Shown here: piece by piece, positions 1-6,948 of the stretch
How the letters are laid out: each line of letters begins with the position of its first letter
Position numbering within the stretch: the stretch's first letter is position 1
NCBI RefSeq assembly: GCF_000007985.2
Contig: NC_002939.5
Location: 2,640,001-2,672,000 of the forward strand
Source of the DNA: Geobacter sulfurreducens PCA
GTDB taxonomy: Bacteria > Desulfobacterota > Desulfuromonadia > Geobacterales > Geobacteraceae
DNA: 32,000 nucleotides
Reading direction: 5' to 3'
The notes under the pieces: generated by a model
Told to the model about the DNA's origin: nothing
The model's input: only the letters and a program-made list of their open reading frames with translations
Databases searched by the model: none
Program-made: the position numbers and the translations under genes

Positions 1-640
1 ACCTGGATTGCCGTAAATCCGCTCCCTTCAGTTTTGCATCCCTGAGTAGTGTGCCATTGAACGTTGCTCCTCGAAAATTTGCCCCTTCAAGGTCCAGGGA
101 GCCGAGATCGGTTGCCGAAAGATCGGCAAAGGAGAAGTTTGTTCCCCTCAGCACGGCACCGCCGAGATTGGCATACTTGAGCTTCGCCCCCGAGAAATTC
201 GCATTTGTCAGGTTTGCCTGACTGAAATTGCCCTTTTCGACGTTCACCTTGCGCATGTCGGCACCCGACAGATTTGCACCAACGAATTTCGCATGATGGA
301 TGTATGCCCCGCTGCAATGTGCCGACCTCATGTCGGCCGTATCGAATATCGCCTCATCCAGGCTTGCACCATCCATCTGCGCGCCGGTCAGGTTTGCGCC
401 GGTGAAGTTGCACGCGCCACAGTCATCAATTGCGGCTGCACTCAGGTCAGCCCCGGTGAAGTTGGATTCGTCCAGCTTTATTCCCTTGAGATCAACCCCC
501 TTCAAGTCTGCACTCACAAAGTCACAATGCTCGCACTCTCCAAGCGATTTGGCGCGTTCGATCACCAGGGGGTCGAATGCGTGGGCCGTAGCAATGCTCA
601 AAAGACCGAATGCAACTGATGTCGCCAGTTTGTTGAACAT
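1..640 (-). CDS. Secreted pentapeptide-repeat protein (partial; C-terminus lies beyond the window edge)
   Basis: The minus-strand frame is open from the ATG at 638-640 to position 1. It is absent from the ORF track because no stop lies in the window. AGGAGG RBS (rc of 647-652) sits 6 nt upstream. My translation starts MFNKLATSVAFGLLSIATAHA (signal-peptide-like). Tandem A(D/N)LxG-type pentapeptide repeats follow (ADLKGVDLKG, ANLTGAQMDGASL, ANLSGADMRK, ANFSGAKLKYANLGGAVLRG, ADLSATDLGSLDLEGANFRGATF). Confidence 0.8.
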   Translation of the reverse strand, partial: MFNKLATSVAFGLLSIATAHAFDPLVIERAKSLGECEHCDFVSADLKGVDLKGIKLDESNFTGADLSAAAIDDCGACNFTGANLTGAQMDGASLDEAIFDTADMRSAHCSGAYIHHAKFVGANLSGADMRKVNVEKGNFSQANLTNANFSGAKLKYANLGGAVLRGTNFSFADLSATDLGSLDLEGANFRGATFNGTLLRDAKLKGADLRQSR

Positions 641-717
641 TGGAAGCCTCCTTGGAAGCGGAATCAAATTCGTGTCAATTATATCATCTGCATACGGCAA
701 GCCGGGGAATGCCTGAC

Positions 718-743
718 AACAAATAAACCGGGGTTCCCCGGCC
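718..743 (-). terminator. Putative intrinsic terminator downstream of cbpM
   Basis: On the minus strand CCGGGG-AA-CCCCGG (728-741) is followed by TTTATTTGTT, about 50 nt after the cbpM stop. The stem is short and the loop tight, so the call is moderate only. Confidence 0.45.
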
Positions 744-792
744 TCTCTCAGATAGTTTCCCCCAGCCATCACTCTCAAACCCCACAGAGCCC

Positions 793-1095
793 TCAAAGTC
801 TCCGTTCCAGATCGTCGATGCGGTCCAGCAACTCCATCACCAGGGCCACGGCATCGAAGCTGAGACGAAGGTCTCGTTTCAGGCGCAAGGCTTTCCTGGC
901 CCTGACCACGGCGCTCCGGTCGAACAGCGGAGTTGTCCCGGTCGATTGCGGCTCGATGAGCCCGATGGCAAAGAGCCGCTTCGCTACCGAGAGATGGCAC
1001 TCGCACAGCCTGCTCAGCTCATGGAGGGTAATGCCCGGCACGGAGACCAGTTCATGTTTTCTGCTGATTATGATTTCATACTGTTGAGCTGTCAT
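793..1095 (-). CDS. cbpM: CbpM-like chaperone modulator (MerR-type HTH, 100 aa)
   Basis: About 100 aa, immediately downstream of a CbpA-type J-protein (12-nt gap). The layout is HTH-like (ITLHELSRLCECHLSVAKRLFAIGLIEP) followed by a helical tail (LRLKRDLRLSFDAVALVMELLDRIDDLERRL). This matches the E. coli cbpA-cbpM pair architecture. Confidence 0.7.
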   Translation of the reverse strand: MTAQQYEIIISRKHELVSVPGITLHELSRLCECHLSVAKRLFAIGLIEPQSTGTTPLFDRSAVVRARKALRLKRDLRLSFDAVALVMELLDRIDDLERRL

Positions 1096-1107
1096 AGCGG
1101 TCCTCGG

Positions 1108-2049
1108 TCACATACGCGGATCGAATCGCGATTCTTTGGCCAATTCCTCGAAGAGATGCCGTTCTCTGTCTGAGAGGTGCTTCGGCACCACGATACGCAC
1201 ACTCACCAGCAAATCTCCGTGGCGGCCCGAAGCAATCGGCATTCCCTTGCCGCGAACGCGCAAGATCTGGCCGCTCTGGGTTCCGGCCGGCACGGTGAGA
1301 TTGATCCTGCCGTCTACCGTCGGTACCGGCACCTTGGCACCTAACGCGGCTTCCCACGGGGTGACATCGACCATGGTAGTCAGGTCGTTGCCGTTCAGGG
1401 TGAAGCGGCTGTCAGGGAGAATGCTGACCCGCAGGAAAAGGTCGCCGGCTTCACCACCTCCCGTGCCACGCCCTCCCTGCCCGGCAAGCCGGATCAGCGA
1501 GCCGTCGGTCACCCCTGGCGGGATGGCAACATCATAGGTGCGCCTCGTCCTGGCCAGCCTGCCGGCGCTGTCCGCCTCCGCCCGTTCCAGTTCAATGCTT
1601 TTCCTGGCGCCATGATAGGCCTCAGCAAGCGTGATGGTGATGGTGGCCTCATGGTCGCGGCCTCGCCTTCTCCTGGTGCCTCCCCCCTGGAATTCAGCCG
1701 ATCCACCAAAGTTCCACCCGCTGCCGAACAGGTCCTGAAAGAAGTCACTGAACTGGCCCGGATCGGCAGTGGAGAAATGATGTCCGGCGTTGTCGCCTCC
1801 CTGATAGCCCTGAGTGCCGTGCCGTCCATCCCAATCGCGGCCGAGCTGATCGTACGTAGCCCGTTTGTCCGGGTCACTGAGCACCTCGTAAGCCTCGTTG
1901 ATCTGCTTGAATTTCTCTTCGGCATCGCCGGCCTTATTGATATCGGGGTGGTACTTGCGGGCCAGCTTACGGTAGGCCCGCTGTACCTCCTCTTGGGTTG
2001 CAGTTTTGCTTACGCCGAGAATGGCGTAATAGTCCTGATACTTAGCCAT
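1108..2049 (-). CDS. cbpA: Curved-DNA-binding DnaJ homologue CbpA (J-domain co-chaperone without zinc finger)
   Basis: N-terminal J domain with HPD motif ([34 protein letters not shown]). A G/F-like region follows, with no CxxCxGxG zinc-finger repeats, then DnaJ C-terminal beta domains. Length 313 aa, and cbpM follows. Confidence 0.85.
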   Translation of the reverse strand: MAKYQDYYAILGVSKTATQEEVQRAYRKLARKYHPDINKAGDAEEKFKQINEAYEVLSDPDKRATYDQLGRDWDGRHGTQGYQGGDNAGHHFSTADPGQFSDFFQDLFGSGWNFGGSAEFQGGGTRRRRGRDHEATITITLAEAYHGARKSIELERAEADSAGRLARTRRTYDVAIPPGVTDGSLIRLAGQGGRGTGGGEAGDLFLRVSILPDSRFTLNGNDLTTMVDVTPWEAALGAKVPVPTVDGRINLTVPAGTQSGQILRVRGKGMPIASGRHGDLLVSVRIVVPKHLSDRERHLFEELAKESRFDPRM

Positions 2050-2070
2050 GATCTTCTCTCTCGCCGGTAC

Positions 2071-2235
2071 CTAGCACTCTTTCTTTTCATCTTCCGGCCA
2101 TCTGCGCATGCAGTAAATGCATTGTTCAACATTGTACGGAATTGTATCCCGCAGGATTTCTTTCTGTAACTGAACACCACAGCGCTTCGGAACGGGATAG
2201 CGATGCAGCTTGTTTTCTTTGATAAAGTAATGCAT
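2071..2235 (-). CDS. Hypothetical 54-aa Cys-containing small protein (MHYFIKENKLHRYPVPKRCGVQLQKEILRDTIPYNVEQCIYCMRRWPEDEKKEC)
   Basis: Internal ATG at 2233-2235 is preceded by AAGGAG (rc). Four Cys are spaced C-x19-C-x2-C-x11-C. The ORF lies in a visibly low-GC pocket, and its codon usage differs from neighbours. I recognise no family. Confidence 0.4.
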   Translation of the reverse strand: MHYFIKENKLHRYPVPKRCGVQLQKEILRDTIPYNVEQCIYCMRRWPEDEKKEC

Positions 2236-2269
2236 GCCATGCTCCTTTCTCGTGCGATAGCGGGTTACG

Positions 2270-2461
2270 TTATGCATAATTCCCAACATTAGGTGTGCCG
2301 TTCTGAGCCCGGGATAAAAATTGCAGCACATTGTGAAGGTTTCTGAGTCTTTTCAACAGGATGTCTTTTTGCTGCGGGTCATCAGTGGCTCTGTATTGGT
2401 TACGCAACTCCTTCAGGTGCTCTCGAACTATCGTAACGGGGTTGATGCTCATATGTTTCAT
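2270..2461 (-). CDS. Hypothetical 63-aa helical small protein
   Basis: ATG at 2459-2461 is preceded by GGAGGAAGG (rc of 2465-2473). The predicted peptide is helical and charged (VREHLKELRNQYRATDDPQQKDILLKRLRNLHNVLQFL). Third-codon positions are low in GC, unlike the flanking genes. I recognise no family. Confidence 0.45.
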   Translation of the reverse strand: MKHMSINPVTIVREHLKELRNQYRATDDPQQKDILLKRLRNLHNVLQFLSRAQNGTPNVGNYA

Positions 2462-2515
2462 CTATCCTTCCTCCGTGCCTGCAAGAAAGAATAAGATCCT
2501 TTTCGCATAGAACCG

Positions 2516-2542
2516 GTGAGGGCCGCACCAAGCGGCCCTCAC
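2516..2542 (-). terminator. Perfect 11-bp stem-loop after the third Hsp20 gene (terminator or processing/stability hairpin)
   Basis: GTGAGGGCCGC-ACCAA-GCGGCCCTCAC lies 16 nt downstream of the stop at 2558. The downstream minus-strand sequence CGGTTCTATGCG is only weakly U-rich. Confidence 0.45.
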
Positions 2543-2557
2543 GACATCCCTGCTGTT

Positions 2558-3049
2558 TCAGGAGATCGGCACCCGGTAGCGGGCATGCCGTCCTTTCTCC
2601 GGCTTGGGGAGCCGGATGGTCAGGACCCCGTGCTTGAGGTCCGCCGCAATCGCCTTCTCATCGATTTCGTACGGCAACTGGAGAGTTCTGGCGAAGCTGC
2701 CGTATCGGCATTCTGAAATAAGGCACCCATCACCTCCTTTCCGCTCACGAACGATATTCTTTTCTCCTTTTATTGTTAACCGTCTGCCGACAATCCCGAC
2801 CGAGAAATCATCGTTCTTCAGACCCGGCACTTCTGCCCTGATGATCAGTTCATCAGCGGTCTCATGCATGTCGAGCAGCGGGCCACCAGACTGCATGAAG
2901 GCTGGCAAGGTATCGGCCGTGATCCGCTCCGGAAAATGTTCCTGCTTTTTCCACGGCATCACCCTGGTCAGGAAATGGCCGACTTTGTCATGAACCCGTT
3001 CCAGCGCCTCACCCCACTTCTCAGGCAACAGGCTTGACATTGTGATCAC
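2558..3049 (-). CDS. Small heat-shock protein, Hsp20/alpha-crystallin family (163 aa)
   Basis: Alpha-crystallin domain signature: DMHETADELIIRAEVPGLKNDDFSVGIVGRRLTIKGEK ... GSFARTLQLPYEIDEKAIAADLKHGVLTIRLPK. RBS AGGAGGTGATCACA sits upstream of the ATG. Confidence 0.9.
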   Translation of the reverse strand: MITMSSLLPEKWGEALERVHDKVGHFLTRVMPWKKQEHFPERITADTLPAFMQSGGPLLDMHETADELIIRAEVPGLKNDDFSVGIVGRRLTIKGEKNIVRERKGGDGCLISECRYGSFARTLQLPYEIDEKAIAADLKHGVLTIRLPKPEKGRHARYRVPIS

Positions 3050-3075
3050 CTCCTGTTCAGACTCCTTTTGCTTTT

Positions 3076-3474
3076 TCAGCCGACCTGTACGGCGATCCGT
3101 TTTGGCTTGGCGGCTTCCGCCTTTGGCACCCGCAGAGTCAGGATGCCGTTCACGTATTCGGCTTTGGCCTTTTCATGGTCAAGGCTCTCCGGAATCGAGA
3201 ACTGCCGGTAGTAGCTGGCCAGCTCGAACTCACGGTAGGCCGTGGTGCCCGGCATCTCGTGGCTCACAGGGGCACTGATGGTCAGGATGCCCTTTTCGAC
3301 GTTGACATCCAGGGTTTCCTTCGCGGCGCCGGGAATGTCGGCGGTCAGGACCAGCCCTTCTTCGGTTTCGATAATGTTCACCGCCGGCCGGATGTAGCGT
3401 TCGTTTGACCGTGTCTCTTCACGGGGCTGTACATTCCGTTCTTCATTTCTTTCCGTCAAGCTGTTGACTGCCAT
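3076..3474 (-). CDS. Small heat-shock protein, Hsp20/alpha-crystallin family (132 aa)
   Basis: Alpha-crystallin signature: VNIIETEEGLVLTADIPGAAKETLDVNVEKGILTISA ... YRQFSIPESLDHEKAKAEYVNGILTLRVPK. RBS AGGAGGTAATCAATC sits upstream of the ATG. Confidence 0.9.
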   Translation of the reverse strand: MAVNSLTERNEERNVQPREETRSNERYIRPAVNIIETEEGLVLTADIPGAAKETLDVNVEKGILTISAPVSHEMPGTTAYREFELASYYRQFSIPESLDHEKAKAEYVNGILTLRVPKAEAAKPKRIAVQVG

Positions 3475-3511
3475 GATTGATTACCTCCTTTCCGCGAGAA
3501 CCTTCAAAGCG

Positions 3512-3961
3512 TCACGAAAGTTTGATCTCGATTTTCTTTGGTTTGGCATGTTCAGCCTTAGCCAACGCGATCCTCAAAATCCCGTCCTTGCACTGGGCCG
3601 TGATCTTACCGGGATCGATGTCGGTCGGCAGCTCCAGGGTCCGTGAGAATTTACCGGAACCAAGTTCCGAACGGTGCACGATCTGCCCTTCGCTTTGGAC
3701 GAACGGTTTGCGTTCCCCGCTGATGGTGACCGTATTCCGCAGCACGGACAGGTCAACATCCTTCGGATCGACGCCGGGGACCAGAGCCTCAATGTAAATG
3801 TAGCCCTCATCCTCGCTGAAGTTGACCAGCGGGAAACGGCGGGATGTAACCGGCGAAAGGAATGTCGGTCCAAACGGCCGGCCAAAGCCTGCACCGCGGA
3901 ACGCTTCATCGATTTCCCTTCTCAGATTGTCCAACTCTTTGAATACATCCCAGGTTGCCAT
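3512..3961 (-). CDS. Small heat-shock protein, Hsp20/alpha-crystallin family (149 aa), first gene of the cluster
   Basis: Alpha-crystallin signature: VNFSEDEGYIYIEALVPGVDPKDVDLSVLRNTVTISGERK ... GKFSRTLELPTDIDPGKITAQCKDGILRIALAK. RBS AGGAGGTAATCCAC sits upstream of the ATG. Confidence 0.9.
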   Translation of the reverse strand: MATWDVFKELDNLRREIDEAFRGAGFGRPFGPTFLSPVTSRRFPLVNFSEDEGYIYIEALVPGVDPKDVDLSVLRNTVTISGERKPFVQSEGQIVHRSELGSGKFSRTLELPTDIDPGKITAQCKDGILRIALAKAEHAKPKKIEIKLS

Positions 3962-3999
3962 GTGGATTACCTCCTTTCGATGGGTGATCTTTCGATAAA

Positions 4000-4028
4000 A
4001 AAATAATTACGCACCCCTTAGGTGTCAA
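4000..4028 (-). promoter_or_regulatory. Candidate promoter of the Hsp20 cluster
   Basis: On the minus strand, cTTGACA (4023-4028), a 17-nt spacer, then TATTTT (4000-4005). The -35 also resembles the sigma32 CTTGAA core. I see no CCCCAT-type -10, so the sigma factor is undetermined. Confidence 0.4.
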
Positions 4029-4281
4029 GAGTGGGGCAGAACCGGACAGAGGTTGCCGGTTCTGCAGCACACAACGTGATTAAGCAGAGAAATACCCTGC
4101 TGAATGCACGGAGTGTTACAGAAGGTCTCTGAAGCAGTCAGGGCCCGACAGACTGAAGTGCCTGGCTTGGTGCTCAGTCATACAAACCGAAGGCGCTCTA
4201 CACCGCCACACTGTCATAGGATATGAATGACCCCGTCCCGCCCATTGCACTTTGCACCCATCGCAACTACAATCTCCCCCC

Positions 4282-4800
4282 ATGACCCACGACTCCCTGT
4301 TCACCTATCGCCCCATCGGCACTCTGTACTCCCCCTATTCCCGCCGGATTGACGCGCCCCATCAGGGCACGGTGGTAGAGGGTACGGAAACCGGGGAGCC
4401 GGCGCTTGCCACCCTGGAGCTTCACGAGTGGCTGGACGAAAGCGCGATCCGGGATCTGAGCGGCTTCGACAGGCTGTGGCTCATCTTCGCCTTTCATCTG
4501 AGCGAGGGCTGGAAAAGCCGGGTCAAGCCGCCGCGGGGCGGACCGAAGCGGGGCGTCCTGGCCACCCGGGCCCCTCACCGGCCCAATGCCATCGGCCTGT
4601 CGGCGGTGGAGCTGGTGGCCGTGGAAGGCCGGACGCTGCATCTGCGGGGGGTCGACCTCCTGGACGGCACCCCCGTGCTGGATATCAAACCCTACGTCCC
4701 CTACGCGGATGCCTTTCCCGACGCCAGAGCCGGCTGGATCGATGAAGTTGATGCGGAGCAGGGGCGCCACTCCGCGCCCGGGCCCCGCAAACCCCGCTAG
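4282..4800 (+). CDS. trmO: tRNA (t6A37-N6)-methyltransferase TrmO (TsaA/YaeB family)
   Basis: Family-typical motifs: FTYRPIGTLYSPY, RLWLIFAFH, RAPHRPNAIGLSAVELV, LDGTPVLDIKPYVPY. The start is taken at the ATG at 4282 (MTHDSLF). The track ORF starts 30 nt earlier at 4252. Confidence 0.8.
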   Translation: MTHDSLFTYRPIGTLYSPYSRRIDAPHQGTVVEGTETGEPALATLELHEWLDESAIRDLSGFDRLWLIFAFHLSEGWKSRVKPPRGGPKRGVLATRAPHRPNAIGLSAVELVAVEGRTLHLRGVDLLDGTPVLDIKPYVPYADAFPDARAGWIDEVDAEQGRHSAPGPRKPR

Positions 4801-4848
4801 CCGCCCTTCCCTTGCCAAAGACAGGCTTTCGGCTACCATTACAGAACT

Positions 4849-6156
4849 ATGAGCCATTGGTATCCCCACGAATTCGCCGCCCACATCTGCCGGCAGCTGA
4901 AAACCGAGGTCCCGGAGCGGCCCCGGGAGGACTGCCCCGGCTGCTCGATCCTGTCCGTGCTCCTCTCCACCTGCTACCAGGCGAGCCTGATGCGGGAGGA
5001 GGAGCGCCAGGTCCGCTTCCGCCTGATCTTCCGCGAACCCGAACGCTTCCCGGCGGGCCAGGACCCTCCGGACGGCCTGCATCGCCTGGTTTTCCTGGAA
5101 CCGCGCCCCTGCACCGAGGACGAGCTGCGCCGCCTCTCGCCGGCGATCAGCTTCGACCGCGCCATGATCGGGGTAAACCTGAATGCCGACGGAAAGCTGC
5201 AGATCTGGGGCGTGGTCCACTCGGGCACCCGCTGGATGCAGGCGGTCCACGGGGGTACCCAATTGATCAACCCGGTGCCTGACTCGCTCATCGTGTTCGT
5301 GACCGGGCCGGGACGAATCAGCGTGTCGGTGGGATCGACCATGATCGCCGGCCTGCGGGGCGGCCAAGTGGTCAGCATGGCGCGGGAGGTGTTCGCCGCC
5401 TCATGGCTCCGGGAGATATTCGCCACCCACCGGGACGAGTTATGGGACCTGCACCTGGATGCGCGCCAGAAGTCCGGCGACATCTGGCCTCCGATCGACC
5501 CGGAATTCCCGGTCATTCTCGGCCAGAACCTGCTCCGCCGGGTTATCAGCCTGATGCGCAGCTATCGCCACGGCGGCACCCTGCTGATCATTCCCAGCGA
5601 GCGGACCGATGAGCTGAAACAGGCAAATCCCTACCTGAACATCAAGTATCCGTTTCTGACCGATATCGGCCGGCGGCGGATCTTCCCGCACATCGTCGGG
5701 ATCATGAACGAATTCGCCCGGGTAGCCAGCAGGTCGCAGCGGGAGTGCAGGCCCCTGGGGTGGGACGAATACCTGGCCCTCAGCGATCCGGTCCTGACCC
5801 GGATGGACGAGGCCCTGTTCGAGCTGGCCCACTTCGTAGCCGATCTCTCCCTGGTGGACGGGGCGGTGGTGCTGAACCGGAGGTTCGAGGTGCTCGGGTT
5901 CGGGGCGGAGATTTCCGGCGGGCTGGAGAACGTGACCCGGTTGCACGTGGCCCTGGATATCGAGGGAGAGACCCGGCAACCCGAGGCGGTCAAGGGGCGC
6001 GGAACCCGCCACCGGTCGGCCTACCGGCTCTGCAACGCCCTCCACGATGCCCTGGCCATTGTGATCTCCCAGGACGGCCAGGTGCTGTTCGTCCACTGGC
6101 ATGACGGCGCCGTGACCTGCTGGGACCAGGTGGCCACCAGCCTGCTCGACTTCTGA
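4849..6156 (+). CDS. Diadenylate-cyclase (DAC/DisA_N) domain protein with an uncharacterised N-terminal domain (435 aa)
   Basis: The C-terminal ~200 aa carry the DAC hallmarks in the canonical order: HGGTLLIIPSE (aa 241-251), DGA in VDGAVVLN (nt 5857-5865), and GTRHRSA (RHR at nt 6007-6015) followed by DALAIVISQDGQVLFV. I recognise no family for the N-terminal ~230 aa, which contain a CPGC motif (aa 29-32). Confidence 0.7.
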   Translation: MSHWYPHEFAAHICRQLKTEVPERPREDCPGCSILSVLLSTCYQASLMREEERQVRFRLIFREPERFPAGQDPPDGLHRLVFLEPRPCTEDELRRLSPAISFDRAMIGVNLNADGKLQIWGVVHSGTRWMQAVHGGTQLINPVPDSLIVFVTGPGRISVSVGSTMIAGLRGGQVVSMAREVFAASWLREIFATHRDELWDLHLDARQKSGDIWPPIDPEFPVILGQNLLRRVISLMRSYRHGGTLLIIPSERTDELKQANPYLNIKYPFLTDIGRRRIFPHIVGIMNEFARVASRSQRECRPLGWDEYLALSDPVLTRMDEALFELAHFVADLSLVDGAVVLNRRFEVLGFGAEISGGLENVTRLHVALDIEGETRQPEAVKGRGTRHRSAYRLCNALHDALAIVISQDGQVLFVHWHDGAVTCWDQVATSLLDF

Positions 6157-6282
6157 TTCATTCAAGCGGGAAGGTTACCCCCGTCACCCGCAGCCCCCCC
6201 AAAAGGCGTCCACCCGCGCCGGCGCACCTTTTCCGCCGGCACGGTTGTCCCCCAACGCCCCTGCTGGTATGATGAACAGGCC

Positions 6283-6948
6283 ATGATCATCGAAGCCCGC
6301 GACCTCTCGAAAGCATATACCGTCGGGGACCGCCGCATCCAGGTCCTCGACAGCGTCTCCCTGGCCGTGGAGCCGGGGGAATTCCTGGTTATCGAGGGAG
6401 AGAGCGGCAGCGGCAAGAGCACCCTGCTCTCGCTCCTGTCGGGGCTCGACCGTCCTGATTCGGGCCGGGTCATCATCGAGGGGCGCGACATCACCGACCT
6501 CTCCGAGGACGATCTGGCCCCCCTGCGCAACGAAACCTTCGGCTTCGTATTCCAGTCGTTCCACCTGGTGCCGTCCCTGTCAACCCTGGAGAACGTCATG
6601 TTCCCGGCGGAACTGCGGGGGGACGGGGAAGCCCGGGAGAAGGCCGAGGCGCTCCTGGCCCGGGTGGGGCTCACGGGACGGGCCGCGAGCCTGCCCCACC
6701 AGCTCTCCGGGGGCGAACGGCAGCGCTGCGCCATCTGCCGGGCCCTGGTGAACGACCCGCGCATCATCTTCGCGGACGAGCCCACCGGCAACCTGGATTC
6801 GGTGAACGGCCGGGGGATTCTCGATATCCTGCTGGAGCTGCACCGGGAACGGCGGACAACGCTTGTCCTGGTGACCCACAGCCCCGAGATCGCCCGCACC
6901 GCCGACCGGGTGGTGCGGCTCCATGACGGCCGGATTCAGGCCCCATGA
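6283..6948 (+). CDS. ABC transporter ATP-binding protein (YbbA/LolD/MacB-type)
   Basis: Walker A GESGSGKST, Q-loop, ABC signature LSGGERQR and Walker B IIFADEPT. The stop overlaps the start of the permease gene. Confidence 0.9.
   Translation: MIIEARDLSKAYTVGDRRIQVLDSVSLAVEPGEFLVIEGESGSGKSTLLSLLSGLDRPDSGRVIIEGRDITDLSEDDLAPLRNETFGFVFQSFHLVPSLSTLENVMFPAELRGDGEAREKAEALLARVGLTGRAASLPHQLSGGERQRCAICRALVNDPRIIFADEPTGNLDSVNGRGILDILLELHRERRTTLVLVTHSPEIARTADRVVRLHDGRIQAP

Noticed and set aside
1-640. A short-period DNA repetition that could be mistaken for a repeat array or CRISPR.
   Set aside because: The 15-nt periodicity is the coding imprint of pentapeptide repeats. The units are degenerate, with no spacer/repeat alternation.
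87-716. Three track ORFs (87-317 minus; 293-619 and 300-716 plus) at the left edge.
   Set aside because: A different minus-strand frame gives a clean signal peptide plus pentapeptide repeats with an AGGAGG RBS. The listed ORFs are frame shadows of that gene.
3962-4250. CIRCE (TTAGCACTC-N9-GAGTGCTAA) or HAIR (CTTGAGT-N7-ACTCAAG) heat-shock operators, and a sigma32 -10 (CCCCATNT), upstream of the Hsp20 cluster.
   Set aside because: None of these sequences is present. Only a generic TTGACA/TATTTT pair and an unrelated 10-bp palindrome were found.
4267-5367. Long antisense ORF (366 aa), plus similar long shadow ORFs opposite or out of frame with real genes. These are at 5440-6165(-), 6162-6899(-), 6923-9004(+), 6936-8546(-), 10339-11463(-), 11304-13118(-), 12235-13758(-), 15029-16150(-), 17169-18512(-), 18649-19662(+), 20036-21835(+), 22196-23545(+), 24924-26153(+), 26060-27019(+), 27501-28448(+), 28542-29990(+) and 30011-31500(+).
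   Set aside because: Their translations are Arg/Pro/Gly/Ala/His-rich low-complexity strings with no motifs, and they lack RBSs. Each lies opposite or out of frame with an ORF that has clear family signatures. This is typical stop-codon-poor shadow reading in GC-rich DNA.
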